64,000 bases of DNA from a virus (Duplodnaviria; Heunggongvirae; Uroviricota; Caudoviricetes). Both the position numbers and the translations under genes were made by a program. Below are positions 29,889 to 39,361 of this stretch, one piece after another; position 1 is the stretch's first letter; every line of letters starts with the position of its first letter. The notes below the pieces were generated by a model. It had not been told where the DNA came from. It was given only the letters and a program-made list of their open reading frames with translations, and did no database searches. Where the stretch lies: the IMG/VR virus record IMGVR_UViG_3300017700_000469, positions 64,001 through 128,000 of that record, one strand, 5' to 3'.

Positions 29889-30512
29889 TTAACCTGCTCG
29901 CAGGCGTTGAACTGTACGATCGGCCTCGGCGAGCCGACACCGCAAGAACTTCAGGGCTCGGTGGACTCGCGTCTTCAGTGAGCCGATCGGGATATTGATC
30001 TGACTCGCGGCGTCGGCGAACGACAGCCCCTTGAAGTAGACGGCGTCAAGCGCCGTGCGATCGTCATCAGGCAGTAGGTCCATCACCTGTCGAAGCTCTT
30101 CGTTCCGTTCGTTGGTCGTGACCGCCGCTAGCGGGTTGATGTCCTTCGTATCCGGGAAGTCGAAGGTATGCAGATTCGTGTCTTCGACCAAGTTGTTGAA
30201 GCTCATCGTCGGACGCCTTGCGAGCGCCCGCTTGGAGTCAACCGCTTCGTTGGAAGCGATGAAGAACAGCCACGGTCGGATCGGCCTCGTTAGGTCGATC
30301 GTCGGGGCGGCCTCGGCGAGCTTCAGGAAGGCAACCTGAGTAGCGTCTTCAGCGAGCATCCGGTCGCCGTTGAAGTACCGAAGCGCGAGGTAGTTCGTGA
30401 TCTCGTCACCTAGTCGGTCGTTGATCGCGGTAAAGGCGGCTTGGTCGCCTTGGTTGTAACGCATAAGCAACTGTTCATCGGATTCTCTCTGTGGAGCGCC
30501 GGTCGGCAACAT
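29889..30512 (-). CDS. ECF (group 4) sigma factor
   Basis: Region 2: GDQAAF...AEDATQVAFLKL...RPWLFFIASNEAVD; region 4: LPDDDRTAL...GLSFADAASQINIPIGSLKTRVHRA. Confidence 0.92.
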   Translation of the reverse strand: MLPTGAPQRESDEQLLMRYNQGDQAAFTAINDRLGDEITNYLALRYFNGDRMLAEDATQVAFLKLAEAAPTIDLTRPIRPWLFFIASNEAVDSKRALARRPTMSFNNLVEDTNLHTFDFPDTKDINPLAAVTTNERNEELRQVMDLLPDDDRTALDAVYFKGLSFADAASQINIPIGSLKTRVHRALKFLRCRLAEADRTVQRLRAG

Positions 30513-30582
30513 AGAAGGCCCTGCTGGTGAGATATGGGCAAGCGTCGAAGCGCTCGCGAGATGAGCCGAGGGTTGGCTGTGT

Positions 30583-30770
30583 CACCAGCTTTGATGCTGG
30601 TTTCAACATTTCAACTATAGACTACGGAGTCGGAGACGCTCTTACAAATTTCACCAGCTTTGCACGATTTGTGACCGCAGTGTGTGAAACACGTTCAACC
30701 GTACCGGTTAATCCGAATACAGTTCGGTCATTCGTCAAAGCTGATGTTACGATGATCGAAGCTGGCGACA
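30583..30770. promoter_or_regulatory. Cluster of isolated CAGCTTTG operator-like cores upstream of the ECF sigma gene
   Basis: CACCAGCTTTGATG 30583, TTTCACCAGCTTTG 30649, CGTCAAAGCTG 30733 (inverted), CGAAGCTGGCG about 30757; no flanking -35/-10. Confidence 0.55.
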
Positions 30771-30828
30771 TGGCCGGGAAGGTCGCGGGCGTCGCGACGC
30801 CCGTAAGCAGTGAAATCCGGGGTCAAAC

Positions 30829-31115
30829 CGGGTGTCAGATCGAGGCCGTCGAGAGGCCAAAATCATGGTGAAATCGCTTGCTACAAGCGTTTTCATGCTG
30901 TTTTGCTGGGAGCCTGAATCTCGCTTTACGAAAGCGGTGCTCTACCAATTGAAGCTACAGCGGCGACACCAAAATCAGGGCACTTCGTTGCATTCGGGAG
31001 TGACGGGTGTCATGCTGGACGCCTGGGACGACGCCTTGACACCCGTTTGACACCCGATCTGACACCCGCCGGCTGACACCACTGACACCCGCGCAGGCGT
31101 CGGCTCTGACACCCG
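30829..31115. mobile_element. attP-like site: tRNA core plus integrase arm-type repeats TGACACCCG
   Basis: Direct copies at 31037, 31048, 31060, 31074 (TGACACCA), 31083, 31107; inverted copies at 30829 and 31004; phage-like DNA on both sides. Confidence 0.8.
30921..30964 (-). pseudogene. 5' half of tRNA-Thr(CGT) (att core)
   Basis: GCCGCTG-TA-GCTTCAATTGGTAGAGC-A-CCGCT-TTCGTAA-AGCGA, then no T arm or 3' acceptor strand. Confidence 0.85.
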
Positions 31116-31132
31116 CTGAGCTACAGTAATAT

Positions 31133-32500
31133 ATGACGACGAGCAAACCATCTAAACCGACTCCCGACTTCCCGCTCTTCCCTCACGCCACCAAGCGATG
31201 GGCAAAGAAGATCAAAGGGAAGATGACGTACTTCGGACCGTGGGACGACCCGGCAGGCGCTCTCGCGCGATACCTGGGAACAACAACAGAACCTCAGAAA
31301 TTACCATCTCCCGAGCCTCGCGCCAAGCGGGAGGCCCCGGCCCGTCCGGCGGGGTTCCCGCTGTACGCCCATAGCAACGGCAACTGGGCTAAGAAGGTCC
31401 GGGGAAAGGTGCGGTATTTCGGACTCTGGGAAGACCCGCAGGCGGCCTTGAATAAGTGGCTCGACGAGAAGGACTCCCTACTCGCCGGCCGGGAGCCCCG
31501 GACGACGGCGAACACCGGCCTCACTGTGCTGGGGATGGTCAACGGGTTCCTTGAGGCGTGCTGGCAGCGGGTGATCGCGCCTAATCCCACCCTAAAGGAA
31601 ATGCGGAAGCGGACCTACTCGGACTACAAGATCATTGGGCAGCGGATACTCGACGTGCTCGGCCGCGAGCGGCTGGTCGAAGACCTGCGGCCGGACGACT
31701 TCGCCAAGCTGCGGGCTTCGTTCGCCGAGACGCATGGGGCGGTGGCACTCACGGTGGACATCCAGAAGTCCCGGACGTTCTTCGCCTGGGCCATCGACAA
31801 GCACGAGATTCGGGTGCGGTACGGCAGTAGCTTTAAGAAGCCGAGCAAGGGTGTGATTCGGACTGCTAAGAGTGCCAAGCAGAAGCGGTTCTTCAAGGCG
31901 GCCGAAGTACGGCAAATGCTCGGGGCGGCGTCGGTGCCGTTGAAGGCCATGATCCTGCTCGGGATCAACTGCGGATTCGGGAACGACGACTGCGCCCAGA
32001 TCACCATCGACAAGCTCGACCTGGACGGCGGCTGGCATCACTTCGCGAGACCGAAGACCGGCGTCGAACGTCGATGCCCGCTCTGGCCTGAGACGGTCGA
32101 GGCCCTTCGGGCGGCGATCGAGCAGCGGCCGAAGGCTCGCGATCCCAAGAACGCCAACCGAGTATTCATCACCCGTCGTGGATCGACGTGGGAGAAGACA
32201 GAGGACGACAACCCGATCTCCAAAGAGATCGGCAAGGTGATGAACGGCCTGGGCCTCGTGCGAGACGGGCGGAACTTCTATGCGTTCCGGCACACGTATC
32301 AGACGGTCGGCGACGCCAGCCTTCAGTCGGTGGCCGTCCGCTACGTCATGGGTCACGTCGCGACGACGGAGGACATGGCGGCGAGATACCGCGAAGAGAC
32401 GTTCGAGACCAACCTGCTCGCGGCCTCGGACTTCGTGCGGGCGTGGGTCTTCAAGTCAGATGAACCCGATAGTCCGGGCTCGACTGCTCCGGGCAAGTAA
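31133..32500 (+). CDS. int: Tyrosine integrase with duplicated N-terminal arm-binding domain
   Basis: RPKTG, FYAFRHTY, VMGHV, ARYRE; two FPLxxH..xWAKK.xGK.xYFG repeats; adjacent to att and xis. Confidence 0.92.
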   Translation: MTTSKPSKPTPDFPLFPHATKRWAKKIKGKMTYFGPWDDPAGALARYLGTTTEPQKLPSPEPRAKREAPARPAGFPLYAHSNGNWAKKVRGKVRYFGLWEDPQAALNKWLDEKDSLLAGREPRTTANTGLTVLGMVNGFLEACWQRVIAPNPTLKEMRKRTYSDYKIIGQRILDVLGRERLVEDLRPDDFAKLRASFAETHGAVALTVDIQKSRTFFAWAIDKHEIRVRYGSSFKKPSKGVIRTAKSAKQKRFFKAAEVRQMLGAASVPLKAMILLGINCGFGNDDCAQITIDKLDLDGGWHHFARPKTGVERRCPLWPETVEALRAAIEQRPKARDPKNANRVFITRRGSTWEKTEDDNPISKEIGKVMNGLGLVRDGRNFYAFRHTYQTVGDASLQSVAVRYVMGHVATTEDMAARYREETFETNLLAASDFVRAWVFKSDEPDSPGSTAPGK

Positions 32501-32708
32501 CTTTCTTTCGCGGCACCTTGTGTGTCGTCACGGCTCGTCGCTGCTTGAACTCTTGCAGGGCCTCGTCCGACACCCGGTATCGCGGCTTGAGCGCGTGCGG
32601 GCTCGTAGCGACGTTGATCGCCGATAGCTCGCCGGCATGAATCCAGGCCAACACCTTGTCGTTGTTGACGCCGAGTTCCTTCGCGATTTGTGGCGGGGTG
32701 TAGTGCAT
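32451..32708 (-). CDS. xis: Excisionase-like HTH protein
   Basis: YTPPQIAKELGVNNDKVLAWIHAGELSAINV...RYRVSDEALQEF; convergent with int. Confidence 0.8.
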   Translation of the reverse strand: MHYTPPQIAKELGVNNDKVLAWIHAGELSAINVATSPHALKPRYRVSDEALQEFKQRRAVTTHKVPRKKVTCPEQSSPDYRVHLT

Positions 32709-33415
32709 TACTCTTTCAGTGCGGCCTTGGCTTCTCGAATCTTCGCCCGGAGCGTTCCGCGAAGGTCTTCGCGAAGCTCGGTGTTGCACATGATCTGCTT
32801 GACGTCGGTGCCGAGTTCCTTGGCCATGTTGCCGATGATCGTGTCGGCGATTCGTTCCTCGACTTTGCCGAGCACGAGGGCCTTCACGCGATCCATATCG
32901 ACGGCGTTGAAGATGCCCCGCAGGTCAGCTTGGCTGACCGGCACGCGGTCGGCGTATTCGAGCTTCAGCCATTCGCCCTTCGACAACAAAGCGACGACGG
33001 CATTCTGTGCGGCTTGGACGACGAGTTCTTCAAACGAGAGTTTCGACATAGGAGTCTTTTACTGAGTGATGGCGGTGAGATCGTCGAGCGTGAGATAGAA
33101 CCATTCGGTGTGATCGGCCAGCTTGACGATGCGCTGGCAACGGGCGTAGCGGTCGGCTTCGTACCGGGCCGGGTGAAACATCGGGTAGTAGCCGAAGGTA
33201 GTCTTGAGCAGCTTCATAGCGACGGCTTTGGCCTGCTCGTGTGTCAGCGGCTTCAACCAACGCAGCCATGTGCGCTCAAACTCGCGGTCCATCTTGATGT
33301 CGAAGACGATCTTCTCGAACCGACGTTCGCGTTCATCCATGATCTCGTGCATGACCTTCAGGGCCGATGCTCGGGCTTCGTGGGAGTAGACCTTCGCGAG
33401 TGACTGGTTCATCAT
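32708..33415 (-). other. Two hypothetical genes (32708-33049, 33059-33415)
   Basis: Head-to-tail ORFs. Confidence 0.7.
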
Positions 33416-33428
33416 GTGCCTACAAAGA

Positions 33429-33456
33429 GAGCCCGCCGTCCGAAGACGGCGGGCTC
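33429..33456 (-). terminator. Intrinsic terminator after the SPFH gene
   Basis: 12-bp stem with cUUCGg loop on the minus strand, followed by TCTCTTT. Confidence 0.8.
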
Positions 33457-33474
33457 GTGGGGAGAGGACTGGTA

Positions 33475-34803
33475 TTACTTGGCGGCGGTTGCGGGGAGAA
33501 TCCCCAGAGACCGGAGCAGCGTCATGTTGATGAGACTGCTGGTTAAATCGCTGCCGCCCTTGTCGGTGTTTCCACCCGAGATGACGACGCCCGGCACACC
33601 GATACCAGCCAGTGCCTTGGCGACGTTCGTGTCTCGCTCCGCAGCGATTTGAGCGAGCACACGTTTCTCTTCGGAGATTCCACCGCCGAGTTCGATCGAC
33701 TTCTGGGTGGCTTCAGCGGCAGAGATGACCGCTTTCTTATCGAGTTCCGCCGTCTCGGCCTTGATGCTCGCGATGTCCTTGAGCTTCATGGCTTCGAGCC
33801 GGGTTTGCTCGGCAACTTCCGTCTTCTGTAGAGCTTCCGTGACCTTCTGTGCCTTCGTCGTGACCGCGACTTCCGCGAGTTGCGACGCTTGGATCAGGGC
33901 GCGTTCTTTCTTCTGGTTCTCTTCGGCTTGGACTTCCGCGACTTGGCGGCGGCCCTTCTCTTCGATCATCAGCCGTTGTTGAACTTCCTCTTGCCGTTGG
34001 GCCTTGGCACGCTCGGCGGCGAGGAACGATTCCTTCTTAGCCGAGAACTGTGCCAGGGTTTGCGGGTCGTATTCGATCTCGGTGATCGAGAACTGCGAGA
34101 TGCCGAGAGCATACTGAGCGAGCGGCGACGTCTGGATGACGACCGGTAGGCCGTCCTTACCCTTGACGATCTCGGTGGCCATCACGCGGGCCTTCTTTTC
34201 GACCGTCTTCTTATTGCCTTGGGCATCGACGCCGGCGTCTTCGATCGTGGCAAGATCGTTCAGTTCGATCTCGGTGCGACGCATCTCGAACAAGCCGCGC
34301 GTCAACTGCTCTTCGACGATCTGATTGAACTCGCCCTTGCGGGACGCTTGGTTTTCACTCGCTGACATCACAGGGCCGGATGCCTTGACGCAGTTCGCCA
34401 AGTGGGCTCTGACCGAGTCGGAGATCGATTCCAGGTTGCCGCCGAACTGTTGATGCAACTTCAGGCGATGCTCGGTGTCAGTCGGCATCGACACACGAAC
34501 GTAGGCCGAGACCTTCGCGGTGCCGCTGTCGTTGAACGTGGCGCGGATCGAGTCGTCGGTCGGGCTGAGCTTCGTGACTTGCTGCGTGTATTCGTCTTCC
34601 ATCGCACGCGGGTACGTGGTGGCCGTGCCGAACAGCTTGCCGTAGTATCCCGGCGTGTCGATGACTTCGACACGGCCGAACGCGGACTGGTAGACCTGAT
34701 AGGAGTGGAAGTCGTTGTACCCGACCAACCCTTGCCATAACGATGCGACCGCGATGAGAGCGACCGCGATGGCCGCACCGGCGGCGATCAACTTGGGCTT
34801 CAT
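33475..34803 (-). CDS. SPFH / band 7 (prohibitin/flotillin-like) membrane protein
   Basis: N-terminal TM helix, SPFH-like core, long AEA/coiled-coil C-terminal half. Confidence 0.8.
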   Translation of the reverse strand: MKPKLIAAGAAIAVALIAVASLWQGLVGYNDFHSYQVYQSAFGRVEVIDTPGYYGKLFGTATTYPRAMEDEYTQQVTKLSPTDDSIRATFNDSGTAKVSAYVRVSMPTDTEHRLKLHQQFGGNLESISDSVRAHLANCVKASGPVMSASENQASRKGEFNQIVEEQLTRGLFEMRRTEIELNDLATIEDAGVDAQGNKKTVEKKARVMATEIVKGKDGLPVVIQTSPLAQYALGISQFSITEIEYDPQTLAQFSAKKESFLAAERAKAQRQEEVQQRLMIEEKGRRQVAEVQAEENQKKERALIQASQLAEVAVTTKAQKVTEALQKTEVAEQTRLEAMKLKDIASIKAETAELDKKAVISAAEATQKSIELGGGISEEKRVLAQIAAERDTNVAKALAGIGVPGVVISGGNTDKGGSDLTSSLINMTLLRSLGILPATAAK

Positions 34804-34857
34804 AGAACCTCTTGAGACAGGGAAACAGAAAATAGAGACGTGATCCGTGGCGGGCTA

Positions 34858-35315
34858 TTAGCCGCCGTATTCCTTGCGTAGACGGTCGTTCTTGTTGATG
34901 CGACGTCGCAGTTCGGCATCGCTCTCACCGACTCGTCGCTCAAGGCGCTTTTTGGCGCGAGCGATGTCATCGATCGCGGCGTCGTCACTGTCGATCTCGG
35001 GATGCGTGACCTGCTCGATGACCTTGTCGAGTTTGCGGCCGTTCAACAGCCGCAGGAACAGCTTGAACAGCAGGCCGGCGATGACGAGGACCAGCAGGAT
35101 TTCGAGAGGCACGAACTTCATTGCTTCTTTCGCTTTCGTGGAACGGGTTTGATGTCGAAGACCATGTAGCCTTCGGGAATGTTTTCGAGTTGGCAGTCGT
35201 TGCGGAGCAGGTTCGGATCGAGACGGACGCCGCGATGACCGACACTTCGGTGATGGGCTTCGGTCTCCATGTACGCGAACAGGTCGCCTTCGATCCTCTG
35301 GATGATGAGCTTCAT
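34858..35315 (-). other. Two small hypothetical genes (34858-35121 membrane, 35118-35315)
   Basis: Head-to-tail ORFs. Confidence 0.65.
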
Positions 35316-35977
35316 GCGCCCCTCTTCACGAAGCAGGCGTCGAACGCACGGACTTCGTCGAGGATGTAGTTCGGTTCGAGCAGGCGTTCGAGCTTGTCGA
35401 GCGTCATGCGGTCGTAGAGGAACTCGACGGTCAGCAGCGTCGGAAGGATCAGACGCCGACCCGGAGTGTTGAAGAATGTTTCGAGGATCGCGTACTCCGC
35501 ACCCTCGACATCGACACTCATGTAGTCGATGCGCGTGTTAGGCACGAAGTGCTTCGCGATCAGCGTGTAGAGCGACGTCGTACTGACGTGCGTGATCTCG
35601 CTCCGGTGCAATTCGTGAGCTTCGAGCCACTGGGCCGGCATGTGCCGGGTCAGCCCGTTGTATGAATCACTGCCGCCGAACTCTCGCTTCGCCATCGCGA
35701 AGGGTTCGCTGTCGGAATTGTGAGGACCGACGACTGCTTGGACGCAGGTGGCTTCGGGCCGGTTGACCTGAAGCTCCGCGAACCGAGCCGGGTTGGCTTC
35801 GATCAGCAGGCCGGACCAGCCGAACTGCCCTTCGAGCGTGAGCGTGTTGCTGTGACGCACGCCGTCGTGGGCACCGACTTCCACGAAGTAGCCGTGGCGT
35901 TGGTACCGGAGCTTCTCAAGCACCCACTGATCTTGTCGGGTCGCAGGCTGCGAGTGATATTCGATGGCAGTGCTCAT
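35312..35977 (-). CDS. FkbM-family SAM-dependent methyltransferase
   Basis: QDQWV, YFVEVGAHDG..HSNT, WSGLLIEANP, IDYMSVDVEGAEY. Confidence 0.9.
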   Translation of the reverse strand: MSTAIEYHSQPATRQDQWVLEKLRYQRHGYFVEVGAHDGVRHSNTLTLEGQFGWSGLLIEANPARFAELQVNRPEATCVQAVVGPHNSDSEPFAMAKREFGGSDSYNGLTRHMPAQWLEAHELHRSEITHVSTTSLYTLIAKHFVPNTRIDYMSVDVEGAEYAILETFFNTPGRRLILPTLLTVEFLYDRMTLDKLERLLEPNYILDEVRAFDACFVKRGA

Positions 35978-35982
35978 GCAAC

Positions 35983-36013
35983 TACCACGACGAACACGCT
36001 CAACCGGTTTTCA
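35983..36013 (-). promoter_or_regulatory. Class 2 (ECF-type) promoter of the FkbM gene
   Basis: TGAAAACC-N16-CGTGGTA, 5 nt before the ATG. Confidence 0.75.
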
Positions 36014-36376
36014 GAATCTCGCCAGGATGGTCTTCACGAGATGACCGACTGTGTAGGCCATTGTCTCGTCGTTGCGGGCCTCGATCGGCACGCCGGCGAA
36101 ATCCAGCACGGCTACGGCGGCATGGCAGCACTCATGCGCCAAGCTGCCGATCGCTGCCGGTGTGGTGGGCGGCTCTCTCAGCCAGATGATCGAAGGTCCG
36201 CCGTTCCACCGAGTACAGCAGGCCGCAGCAGGCTGCTCATCGTCCCAGTGTTCGGGTGCCTTCCAATTCGCGTCCTGCATCTGCACGAAGCTGGTGAAGC
36301 GTTCGAGCGACGGCGTTAAGACGGCCATCACATCGTAGGGAAAGATGCCCAGATCGATCTTTGTGTAGCGAAGCAT
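36011..36376 (-). CDS. Putative zinc metallopeptidase-like protein
   Basis: HExxH (AHECCH) plus downstream NDETMAY. Confidence 0.6.
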   Translation of the reverse strand: MLRYTKIDLGIFPYDVMAVLTPSLERFTSFVQMQDANWKAPEHWDDEQPAAACCTRWNGGPSIIWLREPPTTPAAIGSLAHECCHAAVAVLDFAGVPIEARNDETMAYTVGHLVKTILARF

Positions 36377-36656
36377 TAGAAGTACGACAGGGTGGTACGG
36401 CTGGAATGCTCGCGTAGCGTGGCGGCGTCGGCCGACTCACCGGCGGCTCGAATCTCGGCGTTGTGCCGATCGAGCAGGTCGGTCCAGTCGTCCGGTCCGT
36501 GCCATGCACCGCAGGCACAGGGTCCGACGATCATGTCGCAGGGCTCGTTCGACCCGTTGTAGTTCCGTTCATCCCAGCCGCTCGGCCAGCCAAGCAAGCC
36601 GCTGCGAGGGTCGAGGGTTAGAACGGTTGGTTCGGTCGTAGCGATCATAGCATTCC

Positions 36657-37685
36657 TTAGATTACGGCACGTCGCGATTCGCGGCGGATCGCGGTGACGA
36701 CTTGTTGGACGAGTTCCTTCGTCGGCATAGCGTTGGCGACGTTCACGTTGACGTCGCCGACCGAGACCGAGCGAGGGTGTCGAGCGCGGATCAGCTTGAT
36801 GACTTCGATCGCGTCTTCGACGGTCGTGTGCTTCACTTCACCGTCGATACCCGCTCGCTTCTTACACTCTTCGGTGCTCGGCGGCACCTTGTCGATGTCC
36901 GGGTTCCAGTAGCTCATTCCCGGATCGATTGCACGGTGGAAGAACTTCAGGTCGAAGTTCTCGACCCGCTTCAGGAACGGCTTGTCGAAGCCGGCGAAGT
37001 TCTTACCGGCGGCGAGGATCGGTTGCTTGACGTCGATGCCATACATCTTCAACCACCGCTTGAACTCGACGACGAGCCAACGCGGGCGGACGTACAGTTC
37101 CAAGTCATCGCCGATTACCTTCGGTGCATCGCCCGGTAGGACGTCCTCGAAGGCACGCTGGACCTTCGCGAGCTTCTTTAGGATCGTGGCGTTCATCGCC
37201 AGGGCGTAGGGCTCGCCGACGATCTGATCGTGGTACACGTAGCAGCGGAAGCTCTTGAGCTTCTCAATCGGCGTGACCCAGTCCTCGATCACGGCACCGA
37301 ACTCGATGACTTGGCAGTACGATTCGTCGATTCCAGTAGTTTCCACGTCGATGCAGACGTAGGGCGTGCGGTCCGGCCGCAGGTCGGGCTGGGCCTGCCG
37401 TTCACCCGGCGTGTAAGCGGCGGCACCGCGACGCTGGGCCTCGATCATCTCGTGCGTAGTGCCGCTGATCTTTCGCAGTGCTTCACTGAACTGGCCGAGC
37501 TTATCCGGCGACAGGGTCGATTCGCCAATGCCAGTCGTCGGGACTTGGTCCCGAGCTTCGGCCAGTGCGGCTTCGAGCTTTGCCCGAGCTTGTGCCTCGC
37601 CTATCGTGTAGTCATCGGGAATCGCGAAGCCCATGTCGGCGATACGGTTCAGGTCTTCAGGCGTCGGCATCTTTAAGCTCATCAA
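36657..37685 (-). CDS. DEDDh 3'-5' exonuclease (DnaQ-like)
   Basis: CIDVETTG, AGKNFAGFDKPFL, HTTVEDA. Confidence 0.85.
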   Translation of the reverse strand: MMSLKMPTPEDLNRIADMGFAIPDDYTIGEAQARAKLEAALAEARDQVPTTGIGESTLSPDKLGQFSEALRKISGTTHEMIEAQRRGAAAYTPGERQAQPDLRPDRTPYVCIDVETTGIDESYCQVIEFGAVIEDWVTPIEKLKSFRCYVYHDQIVGEPYALAMNATILKKLAKVQRAFEDVLPGDAPKVIGDDLELYVRPRWLVVEFKRWLKMYGIDVKQPILAAGKNFAGFDKPFLKRVENFDLKFFHRAIDPGMSYWNPDIDKVPPSTEECKKRAGIDGEVKHTTVEDAIEVIKLIRARHPRSVSVGDVNVNVANAMPTKELVQQVVTAIRRESRRAVI

Positions 37686-38613
37686 TGTTTTGTGGGAGGT
37701 TGCTACCGTTCCGCATGTCTACCGACCGCCAGCCAACGGTGAACCCGAGGGCTTCGACGACTCGGCGTGTATCGAGGGAGTGTCCTTCGGCGGCCAGCTT
37801 GCCGTCGATGTAGAGCCCTTCCCAGTCGCCGTCTTCGGCCGCGACGATGTCGATTCGCTTAGTCATCGTTGTGGCCTTGCGACCACGCTCGGTCGAAGTT
37901 GGAGAACGCGATCTCCGGGGAGTCGCCTTCGGCGGACACGCCGGCGTAGGTCGCGGTGTACGTGATCTTGCCGGCATCGTCTTCGTCCTGCCGGATCAGG
38001 GCACCGAGGATGATCGACGGACGGTTGGCTTGCTTCATCCGGTTGTGGAGAAGCTCGGCGGTCTTCAGTTCGATGCGGGCCTTCTCGGTGCCGAGCTTGG
38101 CGGTCTCAACCTCGTGTGACGCCTTGGTCTCGGCGTGCTGCGCCGCCGCCAGCCAATGGTCGCACTGCTGGCGCTGAATCTGTTCCATGTACTCGGCGAC
38201 GGTGCTCACTTCGCGGGTGCCTCAGCGTACTGGGCCAGTTCAATGAGCAACGCGCGGCCTTGATCGTCAAGGTCGGGCTCCATAGCGGCAAGCTGAAAGC
38301 AGCGGTTCCAGGTGCCGGGCTGCTTGGCACTTCCCCAGTCGCTACTCAGTGCGCCGTACACGTTGAAGAACTTGGCTTGTTCCTCTGATCCCCACTGCTC
38401 GAACACCTTGGCCATCGTCTCAGGCGACGTCCGTTTGGCGTCGATGAGTTCCATCACACGCTTCTGGGCGTCCTTGAGTTGCTCATGCCAAAATGTCGCC
38501 CGTGTATGAGCGTCAACCGACGCCACATGCGCTGCGGCTGCCTGCGCCTGTAGTGCGAAGTTCTCCGTCTTCAAAGACTCGACGGTCGATCTCCAAGCGA
38601 ATGGCCATCTCAT
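37657..38613 (-). other. Three hypothetical genes (ending at 37657, 37859, 38206)
   Basis: Head-to-tail ORFs. Confidence 0.6.
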
Positions 38614-39359
38614 TTGGACTTGGCTTTCTTCTTAGTGGGTTTCTTGGCGGCGGCCTTCTTAGCCGGTTTCTTCTCGGCCTTGGCCGCAGGCTTCTTAGCG
38701 GCGGCCTTGGCGACCGGAGCCGACACGGCGGCAACTGCGGCAGGCTTGGCCGCCGGTGTCGGCTTGGCGGGTTCCTCTTCGTCGTCCTGCTCGTCGATGC
38801 CCGAGTCGTCGCTGCTCGTAGAAAGGTCGGTCATCGCAGTCAACTCGGCATCGTCGATCAGTTCGGCCACTTGACCGGTGGGAAGCTCGACATCGTCCTC
38901 GTCGCGATCGACGTGGGCGTCCATGCGCGGGAACAGTTGGTTCATCAGGATCGTGTTGGCGATCGGTCGCACCCAGGTCGGGAGCGAGTCCATCACTGAG
39001 TTGCAGAGCACGCCGTTGCCGATTCGGGCTCGGTGGACGATCGCACGAAGCCGCTCGTTGCGGCCCTTACGTTCCGTCTCGGACATCTTCATCGCGTATT
39101 GCCACAGTCGCTCGTGCTTCTCGCACGCCTCGACGGCGGTGTGCATCACGCGATAGGTGCCACGCTTACCGGCGAAGTTCCAGAACTCGCGGTCCTCGTG
39201 CGGGCTGTTGTAGCAACGCACGCAGGCGAAGTAGTGCGGCGTAACGGTCACACCTTGCACTTCGGCGACCCACGAGACCCGGTAGTTCCCGCACGGGGAG
39301 TACCAGACCTTCATGGCCTCTTGGCGAACGCCCTTCTGTTTCTTCCGGGTGAAGTCCAT
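38610..39359 (-). CDS. Hypothetical protein with histone H1-like Lys/Ala/Pro tail
   Basis: C-terminal AAKKPAAKAEKKPAKKAAAKKPTKKKAKSK after an acidic linker. Confidence 0.7.
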   Translation of the reverse strand: MDFTRKKQKGVRQEAMKVWYSPCGNYRVSWVAEVQGVTVTPHYFACVRCYNSPHEDREFWNFAGKRGTYRVMHTAVEACEKHERLWQYAMKMSETERKGRNERLRAIVHRARIGNGVLCNSVMDSLPTWVRPIANTILMNQLFPRMDAHVDRDEDDVELPTGQVAELIDDAELTAMTDLSTSSDDSGIDEQDDEEEPAKPTPAAKPAAVAAVSAPVAKAAAKKPAAKAEKKPAKKAAAKKPTKKKAKSK

Positions 39360-39361
39360 GC

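Noticed and set aside
31110-31128. TGTAGCTCAG D-arm-like word upstream of int
   Set aside because: No matching GAGC or any other tRNA element; overlaps an arm repeat.
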